In this document: positions 15,557-31,677 of the stretch, piece by piece | Position numbering within the stretch: the first letter of the stretch is position 1 | How the letters are laid out: each line of letters begins with the position of its first letter | Origin: the human T2T-CHM13v2.0 reference genome, Homo sapiens | Strand: one strand, 5' to 3' | Assembly: GCF_009914755.1 (NCBI RefSeq) | Contig: NC_060927.1 | DNA length: 64,000 nt | Program-made: the position numbers and the translations under genes | The notes under the pieces: model-generated | What the model was told of the DNA's origin: nothing | Seen by the model: only the letters and a program-made list of their open reading frames with translations | Databases searched by the model: none

Positions 15557-15939
15557 TTATGTTGAGGTGTGTTTCATCTATACCTAATTTGCTAAGAGTT
15601 TTATTATGAAGGCATGTTGAATTCTATCAAATATTTTTCCATTTCTATTGAAATGATCATGTTGTTTTGACCTTAATTCTTTCAATGTGATGTATCATGT
15701 TTATTGATTTGTGTATAGTGAACCATCCTTGAATTCCTGGGATGAATCCCATGTGATCATGGTGATTTTTTTTAAATGTGTTGTTGAATTTTATTTGATA
15801 GTATTTTGTTGAGGATCTTTGCATCTGTGTTCATCAAGGATATTGATTGGCATGTGGTTTTCCTTTCTTGTCATGTCCTTGTCTGCTTTCACCGTCAGGG
15901 TAATGCTGGCCTAAAAGAATGAGTTTGGAAGAAATTTCT

Positions 15940-16680
15940 TGCTAGCAGTTGTGTATTTGTTCCCTCCAAATCTCATGTTAAAACTTAATTCCCAATGTGG
16001 CAACACCAAGAGGTGGGCCTTTAAGAGTAGACTGGGTAATGAGGGCTCTCCCCTCATGAAGGGATTAATCCAATAATGGATTAATGGATTAATGAGTTAA
16101 TGGATAAGTGGGTTACTCTGGGAGTAAGACTTTATGAGAAGAAAAAGAGAATCCTGAGCCAGCAATTCAGTCCCCTCACCATGTGATACTCTGCACCTCC
16201 TCTGGACTTTACAGAGGGTCTCCACCAGCAAAAAGGCCCTCACCAGATGAAGCCTTTGACCTTGTACTTCTCAGCCTCCAAAAATGTAAGAAATAAATTT
16301 ATTGGGCAGGGCACAGTGGCTCACCCCTGTAATCCCAGCACTTTGGGAGGCTGAGGTGGGCAGATCACCTGATGTCAGGAGTTTGAGACCAGCCCGGCCA
16401 ACATGGGGAAACCCCATCTCTACTAAAAATACAAAAATTAGCCAGGCATGGTTGCATGTGCCTGTAATCCCAGCTACTCAGAAGGCTGAGGCAGGACAAT
16501 CACTTGAACCTGGGAGGTGGATATTGCAATGAGCTGAGATCACACCACAGAACACCACCCTGGGTGACAGTGACAGTCCATCTCAAAAAAAAAAAAAAAA
16601 AAGAGAAAAGAAAAAAAAAATCTTTATAAATTACCCAGTTTCAGGCATTTTGTTGAAAGTAACAGAAAATGGACTAAGCC
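15940..16680 (+). mobile_element. MaLR solo LTR, MSTC-like, containing an Alu
   Basis: 'ccctccaaatctcatgttaaaacttaattcccaatgtggc', 'ggattaatcc...ggattaatggattaatg' and 'tttataaattacccagtttcagg...aacagaaaatggactaag'. Confidence 0.85.
16304..16620 (+). mobile_element. AluS (AluSx-like)
   Basis: Dimeric Alu, 'cagatcacctgatgtcaggagtttgagaccagc', long A tail. Confidence 0.93.
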
Positions 16681-18939
16681 TTCCTCTTTATTTTTCTGGA
16701 AGAGGTTGGAAAAATTGGTATTAGTTCTTTAAGTGTTTGGTGGAATTCAGCAATGAAGCCATCGGTCTCTGGGATTTTTGCCTTTTTTTTTTTGATGGGA
16801 GTTTTTATTACTGATTCAAACTTGTTTCTCATTATTGGTCTGTTTAGGTTTTCTATTTCTTCATGATGCAATTTTGGTAGGCTGTAGGTGTTCAGGAATT
16901 TTTTCATTTACTCTAAGTTTTTCCAGTTTTTTGGCATATAATTGTTCAGAGCTGTCCCTTATGATCTTTTGAAGTTGTTTGGTATCATTTGTAACGTTTT
17001 TCTTTTTATTTCTGATTCTATTAATTTGCATCTTTTCTCTCGCTTTTTTTACTTAGGTCTTGCAAAAAGGTTTGTTCTTTTTATCTTCTCAAAAAAAGCC
17101 CAAATGTTTATTTCATTATTAATACTGATCTTTTGGAGTTTTGTAAGTCTCTTTTGTTTATTCCTGCTTTGATATTTACTTCTTTTCCTCTACTAATTTT
17201 GGTTTAGTTCATTCTCGCTTTTCTAGGTTTTTCTGAGGTGTAACATTAGGTTGTTTATTTAAGATTTTTCTGCTTTATTGATGTAGGAATTTACTAATAC
17301 GAAATTTCCTTATAGAGCTCTGCTGAATCACATAGGTTTTGGTATGTTGTGTTTCCATTTTTATTTGTCTCAAGAATTTTTTTAAACCTTTTTGATTTCT
17401 TCATTTATCCTTCAGTTATTCAGGAGTATGTTGTTTAATATCCATGTATTTGTGTACTTTCCAAAGTTTCTTTTGTTACTGATTTATAGTTTTATTCCAT
17501 TATGATCAGAAAAGACACTTGACATGATTTTGATTTTTAAAATTTGATGAGTTTTTTTAATTTCTAAAATATGATCTATCCTGGAGAATGTTCTATGTGC
17601 TGTTGAGAAATATGTGCTTTCTTCAACTATCATATGAAACATTCTGTAAATGTTTTTTAGGTCCATTTGATCTAGAGTACAGTTTAACTTCCCTGTTTGT
17701 TGATTTTCCATCTGCATGATGCGTTCATTGCTGAGAGTAAGGTGTTGAAGTCTTCTACTATTATTGTATTGCAGTCTATTTCTCCCTTTAGGTTTACCAA
17801 TATTTGCTTTATACATTTTGGTGCTCCAATGTTGAGTGCATAAATATATTTACAACTATTATATCCTTTAGTTGTATTGACCCCTTTATTATTATATAAT
17901 GTATTTTTTGTCTCTTTTTATGGGTTTTGCTTTAAAGTCTATTTTATCTGATATGGATATAGATATTCCTCAATTTCCACTTGCATGGAATATCATTTTC
18001 AATCCTTTTACTTTCAGTGTATGTGTGTCCTTATAGGGAAAATGGGTCTATTGTAGGCAGCATATAACTAATTCTTGTTTTCTTATCCATCCAGACACTC
18101 CATGTATTTTACTTGAAGGATTTAGTCCATTTACATTCAGGGTAATTATTAATAAGTAAAGACATATTACTGCTCTTTTGTTCATTGTTTTCTATTTGCT
18201 TGTAGATTCATTCCTCCTTTTCTCCACTTTTACTATCTTCCTTCATGGTTGTATGATTTTCTGTAGTAGTATGTTTTCATTCCTTGCTTTTTATTTTTAG
18301 TGCATCTATTACAAGTTTCTGTTTTGTGGTTACAATTAGACTTACAAAAAATCTTATAGTTCTAACAGGTTATATTAAACTGATAACAACTAAGTTTGTT
18401 TGCTGAAATAACCAAAACAAAAAAAAATTTACATTTTTATTCTATATTTTGTCCCATTTTTCATCCCCATGTTTTGAATTTTTGATGTCAGAATTTATGT
18501 CTTTTTACATTATGTATTCCTTAACAAGTTATTATTGTTGTTTTTAATAGTTTTGTTTTTAAATTTTCATACTATATATAAGTGATTTACATGCCATGAT
18601 TTTTGAGACCTTTTGAGAGCCTTTGAAAGCTTCCTTTTTATCTACTATGAAAAGATGTTCTGAATGTATCTGTGTATGTCATGCCCCAGAACTGCTTTCA
18701 GCTAAGGTTGTCATTGTTTCAGTGCCTAAATCTAAGACATATGTATATGTAAGAAAAAGAAAAGGGATTCATAGTGATATCTTTATTTACTAATTAGAAC
18801 TCAATAATTTTCCATTATGTCTTTTTTTCATAATGGCAAACCTCATTTGCAACAAAATAACCTTAATTATTCATTTGTTTTATTCAACAATATGTACATA
18901 GCAGTATCAGAGAAGAAATATCAAGTTTACTATTTTTAA

Positions 18940-21900
18940 ATAAGATTTTTAATCTTTGTGTGTACATAGTAGGTATATATATTATAAGACACACGAGATA
19001 TTTTGGGACAGGTATGCAACACATAATAATCACATCATGGACAACTGGGTATTCATCCCCTCAAGTACTTTTTCTTTGTATTACAAACAGTCCAGTAATA
19101 CTCTTTTAGTTATTTTAAAATGTACAATTAAATTATAATTGACTATAGTCTCGATGTTGTGCTCTCAGATAATAGGTCTTATTCATTCTCTCTAACTGTT
19201 CTTTTTTCTGTACCCAGTAACCATCCTTACCATGACCTCACTTCCCCACAAGCTTCCCCCAGCCTCTGGTAACCATCCTTCTATTCTCTTACCTCCATGA
19301 GTTCAATTGTTTTGATTTTTAGGTCCCACAAATAAGTGAGAACATGCAATGTTTGTCCTTCTGTGCCTGACTTATTTCAGTTAACATAACGACTGCAAGT
19401 TCCTTCCATATTGTTGCAAATGACAGAATTTCATTCTTTTTTTATGACTGAATAGTACTTCATTGTGTATAAATACCACATTTTCTTTATCCATTCATCT
19501 GGTAATGTACACTTAGGTTGCTTCCAATTCTTGGCTATTGTGAACAGTGCTGCAACAAACATGGGTGTGCAGAAACCCTCTTCGATATACTATTTTCCTT
19601 CTTTTGGGGCATATACCCAGCAGTGAGATTACTGGATCATATGGTAGCTCTATTTTCAGTTTTTTGAGGAACCTCCAAACTGTCTTCCATAGTGGTTACA
19701 CTAATTTACATTCCCACTAACAAATTTGTTGAAAATGAGTTCACTGTAGGTGTATGGATTTGTTACTTGGGTCTCTATTCTGTTCCATTGGTCTATGTGT
19801 CTGTTTTTATATGAATAATATGCTGTTTTGGTTATTTTACTTCTGTAATAGAATTTGAAGTCAGGTAATATGATTCCTTCAGTTTTGTTCTTTTTTCTCA
19901 GGATGGCTTTGGCTATTCTGAGTCTTTTGTGGTTCCATATAAATTTTAGTATAGGATGTTTCTGTTTCTGTGAAGAATGTCACTGGTATTTTGATAGGGA
20001 TTGAATTGCATGTAGTGATTGCTTGGGTGGTAAGGACATTTTAACAATATTGATTCTTTCAGTCCATCAACATGAAATATATTTCCTTTTTTTGTGTTCT
20101 CTTCAATTTTTTTCAACAGTATTTGATAGTTTTCATTGTAGAGCTCTTTCACTTCTTTGGTTAATTCCTAGGTATTTAATTTTATTTGTGTCTATTGTAA
20201 ATGGTAATACATTTTTATTTCTTTTTTCAGATTATTCACTGTTGGCATATAGAAATGCTACTGATTTTTGTATATTGATATTGTGTCCTGAAACTTTACT
20301 GAATTTGTTTATGAGTTCTAATAGTTTTCTGGTGGAGTCTTTAGGTTTTTACAAACATGAGCTCATATCATCTGAAAACAAGGACAATTTGACTTCTTTC
20401 TTTTCAATTTGAATGCCCTTTATTTCCTTCTCTTATCTGATTGCTCTAGCTAGGACTTCCAGTACTGTGTTGAATAACAGTGGTGAAAGTGGGCATCCTT
20501 GTCGTGTTACAGATCAAAGAGGAAAGGCTTTCAGTTTTGCTCCATTTTATATGACACTAGCTGTGAAACTGTCATATGTGGTTTTTATTATGTTGAGGTA
20601 TGTTCCTTCTATACCCAGTTTTTTGAGGATTTTTATCAAGAAGGGATGTCGGACTTTACAAATGCATTTTTAGCATCAATTGAAATGTTCATATGCTTTT
20701 TGTACTTCATTCTGTTGATATGATGTATCACAGTGATTGGTTTCCATATGTTGCACCATAACTATACTTGCCTCACTGGAATAAATCCCACTTGGTCATG
20801 ATTAATAATCTTTAATGTATTCTTGAATTTTGTTTCCCAGTATTTTGTTGAGGGCTTTTCCATGAATACTCATCAGAGATACCGGTCTGTAGTTTTCTTT
20901 ATTTTCTGTATCTCTGTCTGGTTTTGGTATCAGGGTAATAGTGGTCTTTAGAGTGAGTTCAGAAGTGTTCCATCCTCTATTTTTTGGAACAGTTTGAGTG
21001 GGATTGGTATTAGTTCTTTAAATGTTTGGTAGAATTCAGCAGTGAAGCCATGGGTCTTGGACTTTTCTTCACTGGGAGACTTTTTATTATGGCTTCGATC
21101 TCATTATGTGCTATTGGTCTGTTCATTGGGTCTTGTTTTTTCATCCATTCAGCCACTCTCTGTCTTTTGACCAGAGAATTTAATCTATTTGCCTTCAATG
21201 TTACTATACATAACCATTTTGTTGTTTTCTGATTGTTTTTGTGGTCTTTTATTTCTTTCTTCCTTTCTTCTTTTTAGTGAAGGTGATTTCTCTGGTGGTA
21301 TGCTTTAATTTCTTCATTTTCATTTTTTGTGTACCCACTGTGTGTTTTATTTTAAACTGATGACAACTTAACACTGATGGCATAAACACACATGCAAAAT
21401 GAAAACTAATGAAAACTCTACAATTTGACTTTGTTCTCCTGTTGTTTAACTTCCTGTTGTTTCTCATTATGTCTTCTTTTACTGTCTATGTCTTTAAAAG
21501 TTGTTATAGTTATAACTTTTCTTTGGTTTATAATTTATTATTCCTCTTAAGTCAAGAGTTCTTGACACACCGTAATTGCAGTGCTGTAATATTCTGTGTT
21601 TTTCGTGTGCTTACTATTAGCAGTGAATTGTATACCTTTATATGACTTCTTCCTGCTCATTAACACTTTTTCTCTCAGATTGAGGAACTCCCTTTAGCAT
21701 TTCTTGTAGGACAAGTCTAGTGTTGATGAAATCTCCCAACTTTGCTTTATCTGGGAAGATCTTTATTTCTCCTTCATGCTTAAAGTGTATTTTCATCAGA
21801 TATACTATTCTTGGGTAAAAGATTTTTTCCTTCATAAGTTAAACATGTCATGCCACTCTCTCCTGACTTGTAAAGTTTCCACTGAAAAGTGTGCTGCCAG

Positions 21901-22186
21901 ATTAGAGTTCCATTGTATGTTATGTGTTTCTTTTGTGCTTGCTGCTTTTAGGATCCTTTCTTTATCCTTGACATTTGGGAGTTTAATTATTAAATGCCTT
22001 GAAGTAGTCTTCTTTGGATTTAATCTGTTTGGTGTTCTATAACCTCTTGTACTTGAACGTTGATATCTTTCTCTAGGTTTAGGAAGTTCTCTGATATTAT
22101 CCCTTTGAATAAACTTTCTACCCCTATCTCTTGCTCTACCCTCCTTTTCAAGGCCAATAACTCTTAGATTTGCCCTTTTGAGGCTA
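18940..22186 (-). mobile_element. L1MA2/3-like LINE-1 with several internal deletions, reaching into ORF1
   Basis: 3' end 'gtgtacatagtaggtatatat...cacatcatgg...atcccctcaag'. ORF2 remnants, and ORF1 remnants in ORFs 21638..21835 and 21832..22197. Confidence 0.85.
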
Positions 22187-22618
22187 ACAACTTTCACACT
22201 AATAATTGATTACCAAAAACAATGCATTTTAGTTGCGGTTTTATTTTCAGTTGGGTTGAACAAGTCCAGACTATGTCACTGTAGCATAAAAGTCGTTTGG
22301 AGGTGAAGATATTTGAGAATGGGCTCCTCTCTTTAACTCCTTTATCTCCCTAAAATCACAGCCTCAGAAAAAAAATGCTCAAAAGATCTCTATCATCATA
22401 AATCCCTTTCCAGGAGCAACTAGAGAATATTGATTCTTTCATTGGAGACTAGAAGTCATAGGCTAGAAGTAAACATCACACTTAAAACTTAGACTGTAAC
22501 AAAACTATCATATTGCCCATCTATTCTTCTAAGGACCCATTTATCTTTTCTACTAAGGACCTATTTATCTGTCCTAAAGTCATTTTTTCATAAGTACCCT
22601 CTCTCCTCAACCCCCTCC

Positions 22619-22666
22619 TTTTTTTTCAGATGGAGTCTCACTCTGTCACCCCAGGCTGGAGTGCAG
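22619..22666 (-). mobile_element. Alu 3' stub (~45 bp)
   Basis: 'tttttttt cagatggagtctcactctgtcaccccaggctggagtgcag', then an abrupt switch to simple repeat. Confidence 0.85.
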
Positions 22667-23147
22667 ATGTATACGTACACATATACATGTACATATATAC
22701 ATGTATATACGTACGTATATACATGTACATATATACATGTATATACGTACGTATATACATGTACATATATACATGTATATACGTACGTATATACATGTAC
22801 ATATATACATGTATATACGTACGTATATACATGTACATATATACATGTATATACGTACGTATATACGTACATATATACATGTATATACGTACGTATATAC
22901 ATGTACATATATACATGTATATACGTACGTATATACATGTACATATATACTGTATATACGTACGTATATACGTACATATATACATGTATATATGTACGTA
23001 TATACATGTACATATATACGTATATATGTACGTATATACATGTACATATATACGTACATATATACATATATATGTACATATATACGTATATACGTATATA
23101 TATGTGTGTATATATACACACACACATATGTATATACATATATATAC
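22667..23147. repeat. Alternating purine-pyrimidine minisatellite, 36-bp unit ATATACATGTACATATATACATGTATATACGTACGT
   Basis: Five perfect units at 22681-22860, then degenerating variants. Confidence 0.95.
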
Positions 23148-25250
23148 TTTAAGTTCTGGGTTACATGTGCAGAATATGCAGGTTTGTTACATAGGTATAC
23201 ACATGCCATGGTAGTTTGCTGCACCCACCAACTCGTCATCTACATTAGGTATTTATCCTAATGCTCTCCCTCCCCTAGCCCCCAACACCCCCAACAGCCC
23301 CCGGTGTGTGATGTTCCTCTCCCTGTGTCCATGTGTTCTCATTGTTCAACTCCCACTTATGAGTGAGAACATCTTAGAATAATTTATATAATTGAAGTGT
23401 GTGATGCTGATTTTTAAACCAAATCTAAAGAAAATTCAGATAGTATTTAATCAAACACAACCTTGCAAATTAAAAGGAAAAGGTCAACACTAACCAATGG
23501 AGAATATCCGGTGTTTGGTTTTCTGTTCCTGTGTTAGTTTGCTAATAATGATGGTTTCCAGCTTCATCTATGTCCCTGCAAAGGACATGAACACATCCTT
23601 TCCTATGGCTGCATGATATTCCATGGTGTATATGTGCCACATTTTCTTTATCCAATCTGTCGTTGATGGACATTTGGGTTGGTTCCAAGTCTTTGCTATT
23701 GTGAATAGTGCCGCAATAAACATACGTGTGCATGTGTCTTTATAGTAGAGAGATTTATAATCCTTTGGGTATATACCCAGTAATGGGATTGCTGGGCCAA
23801 ACGGTATTTCTGGTTCTAGATCCTTGAGGAATTGCCACAGTGTCTTCCACAATGGTTGAACTAATTAACACTCCCACCAATGGTGTAAAAGCATTCCTAT
23901 TTCTCCACATCCTCTCCAGCATCTGTAGTTTCCTGACTTTTTAATGATCATCATTGTAACTGGTGTGAAATGGTATCTCATTGTGGTTTTGGTTTGCATT
24001 TCTCTAATGACCAGTGATGACGAGCTTTTTTTTGTTTCTTGGCTGCATAAATGTCTTCTTTTGAGAAGTGTCTCTTCATATCCTTCACCAGCTTTTTGAC
24101 AGGCTTACTTTTTCTTGTAAATTTGTTTAAGTTCCTTGTACATTCTGGATATTAGCCCTTTGTCAGATGGATATATTGCAAAAATTTTCTCCCATTATGT
24201 AGGTTGCCTGTTAACTCTGATGATAGTTTATTTTGCTGTGCAGAAGCCTTTAGTTTAACTAGATCCCATTTGTCAATTTTGGCTTTTGTTGCCATTGCTT
24301 TTGGTGTTTTAGTCATGAAGTCTTTGCCCATGCCTATGTCCTGAATGGTATTGCCTAGGTTTTCTTCTAGAGTTTTTATGGTTTTAGGTCTTACATTTAA
24401 GTCTTTAATCCATCTTGAGCTCAATTTTTGTGTAAGATGTAAGGAAGGGGTCCAGTTTCAGTGTTCTGCATATGGCTAGTCAGTTTTCCCAACACCATTT
24501 ATTAAGTAGGGAATCCTTTCCCCATTGCTTGTTTTTGTCAGGTTTGTCAAAGATCAGATGGTTGTAGACGTGTGGCATTATTTCTGAGGCCTCTGTTCTT
24601 TTCCATTGGTCTATATATCTGTTTTGGTACATGTACCATACTGTGTTGTTTACTGTAGCCCTGTAGTATAGTTTGAAGTCAGGTAGCATGAGGCCTCCAG
24701 CTTTGTTCTTTTTGCTTAGGATTGTCTTGCCTATATGGACACTTTTTTGGTTCCATATGAAATTTAAAGTAGTTTTTTTCTAATTCTGTGAAGAAAGTCA
24801 ATGGTAGCTTGATGGGAATAGCATGGAATCTATAAATTACTTTGGACAGTATTGCCAGTTTCATGATATTGATTCTCCCTATCTATGAGCATGGAATATT
24901 TTCCCATTTGTTTGTGTCCTCTCTTATTTCCTTGAGCAGTGATTTGTAAAGATGTCCTTCACATCTCTTGTAAGTTGTATTCCTAGTATTTTATTCTCTT
25001 TGTAGCAATTGTGAGTGGGAGTTCACTCATGATTTTGCTCTCTGTTTGTCTATTATTGGTGTATAGGAATGCTTGTCATTTTTGCACATTGATTTTGTAT
25101 CCTGAGACTTTGCTGAAGTTGTTTATTAGCTTAAGGAGATTTTGGGCTGAGATGATGGAGTTTTCTAAGTATGCAATCATGTCATCTGCAAACACAGAAA
25201 ATTTGACTTCCTCTCTTCCTATTTGAATACTCTTTATTTTTTTATCTTGC
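23145..25250 (-). mobile_element. 5'-truncated LINE-1, L1PA7-like
   Basis: 'actttaagttctgggttacatgtgcagaa...catctacattaggtattt'. ORF2 remnants in ORFs 23568..23852, 24152..24424 and 24480..24689. Confidence 0.92.
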
Positions 25251-27210
25251 TCCATGAGATCTTCCTTTTTTAAGCTCCCACATGAGTGAGAACATGTGGC
25301 ATCTGTCTCTCTGTGCCTAGTTCATTTCCCTTAATAACTTCTAGTTCCATCTATATTGCTGCAAATGACATGAGTTTATTCTTTTTCATGGCTGAATAGT
25401 ATCCCGCTGTGTATATATACCACGTTTTCTTTATCCTTTTGTCCATTGATTAACACTTAGGTTAGTTCTAAATTTTTGCTATTGTGAACAGTGTTGCAAT
25501 AAACATGTGGGTGCACTATTCCCTTGACATACAGATTTATTTCCCTTTAGATAAAGACAAAATACAGGGATTGTGGGATCATATAGTAGTTATATTTTTA
25601 GTTTTTTGAGAAGTCTCCATGCCATTTTCCACAGTGGTTGTACCAATTTACATTGCCACCAATAATGCATGATTTCCCTTTTCCCCACATCCTTGCCAGA
25701 ATCTAGTACTTTTTCTCTTTTTAATAATATAATTCTAACTGGAGTAAGATGATTGATATCTCACTGTGCTTTTGATTTGCATTTTTCTGATGCTTCATAA
25801 TGTTGAACATTTTTTCATGTATCTGTTAGCCATTTGTATGTCTTCTTTTGAGAAATGTCTATTCATGTCCTAAGTACAGTTTTTCAGGAAATGTTTAAAA
25901 ATTGTTGAGTTGTTTGAATTCCTTGTATATTCTAAAGATTAGTTCCTAGTCAGATGAATAGTTTGTAAATATTTTCTCCCATTAAACTGTTTTTCTCTTC
26001 AGTCTCTTGATTGTTTCCTTTGCTGCACAGAAGGTTTTTGTTTAATATAGCTCCATTTTGTTATGGTTGTCTGTGCTTTTGAGTTCTCAGGTGTGAAATT
26101 TTTGCTACACTGCTATCTTGAAGTGTTTTCCTTATTTTTTTCTAGTAGTTTATAGCTTCAGGTCTTATTTTTAAGTCTTTAGTCCATCTTGAGTTGATTT
26201 TTGAATATGTGGAAAGACACGGGTCTAGTTTCATTACTCTGTGTATGGATATCCAACTTGCCCAACACCATTAGTTGAAGAGGGTGTCCTTTTCCCTGTG
26301 TATGTTCTCTGTGCCTTTATTGAAAACCCATTGGTAGTAAGTGGTTGGATTTATTTCTTGGTTCTCTGTTCCTGTTCTATTCGTCTATGTGTCTGTTTTT
26401 ATACCAATGCCATGCTCTTTTGGTTACAATGGCCTTGTAATATATTTTGAAGTCAGGTACTTTGATGCCTCCTCCAGGTTTGTTCTTTTTGCTCAGGATT
26501 GCTTTGGCTATTTGGGCTCTTTATTCATTCCACACAAATGTTAGAATTTTTTCTCTAATTTGGTGAAAAATGGCATTGCTATTTTAAGAGAGATTGCATT
26601 GAATCTGTAGCTTGCTTTGGGCAGTATGGTCATTTTAATAATATTAATTCTGATCCATGAGAATGAGGTCTTCCTCCATTTATTTGTGTCCTTGTAAATT
26701 TCTTTCATCAATGTTTTGTAGTTTCTCTCATAGAGATATTTCTTCTGAGTTAAATTTATTCATTGGTATTGTTGTTAGCTACTGTAAATGAAACTGCATT
26801 CTTGATTTCTTTCTCAGTCATCTCATTATTGATGTATAGAAAAACTGCTGATTTTTATGTGTGGATTTCATATCCCACAAATTTACTGAATTTATCAGAT
26901 CTAGGAGATTTTTATGGAGTTTTTAGGTTTTTCTAGATATAAGATCATATCATCTGCAGGCAGAGATAATCTTACACACTCTTTTCCAATGTGGATGCCT
27001 TTTGTATCTTCTTCTTGCCTGACTGTTCTGGCTAGGACTTCCAGATATTTTTGAATAGGCATGGTAAAAGCAGGCATTATTGTCTTGTTCCAGATCTTAG
27101 AGAAAGAGCTTTCAGCTTTTCTCTATTCAGTTGATGCTATCTGTGGATTTAACATGTATGGTGCTTATTATTTTGAGGTAAGTTTCTTCTGTTCCTAGTT
27201 TGGAGAGTGC
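25251..27210 (-). mobile_element. Older L1 (L1MA/L1PB-like) lacking its extreme 3' end
   Basis: Starts mid-3'UTR at 'tccatgagatcttcctttttt aagctcccacatgagtgagaac' and continues as diverged ORF2. Confidence 0.85.
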
Positions 27211-27543
27211 TTTTATTATTATACTTTAAGTTCTGGGGTACATAAGCAGAATGTGCAGGTTTGTTACGTAGGTACACACGTACCATGGTGGTTTGCTGCA
27301 CCTATCAACCCATCATCTACGTTAGATGTTTCTCCTAATGTTATCCCTCCCCCAGTATGCCACCCCGTTAGGCCCCAGTGTGTGATATTCCCCTCCCTAT
27401 GTCCATGTGTTCTTCTTGTTTAACTCCCACTTATGAGTGAGAACATGCAGCAATTGGTTTTCTGTTCTTGCGATAGTTTGCTGAGAATGATGGTTTCCAG
27501 CATCATCCATGTCCCTGCAAACGACATAAACTCATCCTTTTTA
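27211..27543 (-). mobile_element. L1PA7-like 3' fragment
   Basis: 'attatactttaagttctggggtacat...catctacgttag'; stops at 'aactcatcctttt'. Confidence 0.88.
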
Positions 27544-27794
27544 TTTTTTTATTTTTTTGTACTTGTTTTTATTTTTTTTTATTATTATTATTGTACTTTA
27601 AGTTTTAGGGTACATGTGCACAATGTGCAGGTTAGTTACATATGTATACATGTGCCATGCTTGTGTGCTGCACCCATTAACTCGTCATTTAGCATTAGGT
27701 ATATCTCCTAATGCTATCCCTCCCCCCTCCCCCCACCCCACAACAGGCCCCAGTGTGTGATGTTCCCCTTCCTGTGTCCAGGTGTTCTCATTGT

Positions 27795-31629
<3,835 letters not shown>

Positions 31630-31677
31630 TTATTTTGCTCGTTAGTTGATGCAGTTTCTTCCTAGCCTTGATGGTCT

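Larger units (their letters stand above)
12835..18600 (-). mobile_element. L1MA (L1MA4-7-like), internally deleted, carrying nested LTRs and an Alu
   Basis: L1MA 3' end ('taataattgcacatatttatggagtac...cattcaaaatcttctcttctagctat'). ORF2 remnants in ORFs 14464..14706, 16674..16907 and 17484..17816. Confidence 0.85.

Noticed and set aside
22681-22860. 36-bp palindromic direct repeats as a CRISPR-like array
   Set aside because: Units are head-to-tail with no unique spacers, are low-complexity, have no cas genes nearby and sit in a primate context
22588-23261. Six overlapping 160-200 aa ORFs rich in Y/I/V/T/H/M
   Set aside because: A strictly alternating R/Y repeat cannot contain TAA, TAG or TGA, so all frames are open by construction
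23374-23499. NUMT or processed pseudogene as the source of the orphan insert
   Set aside because: I recognise no mtDNA similarity and there is no poly(A) tail; the source stays unresolved without BLAST
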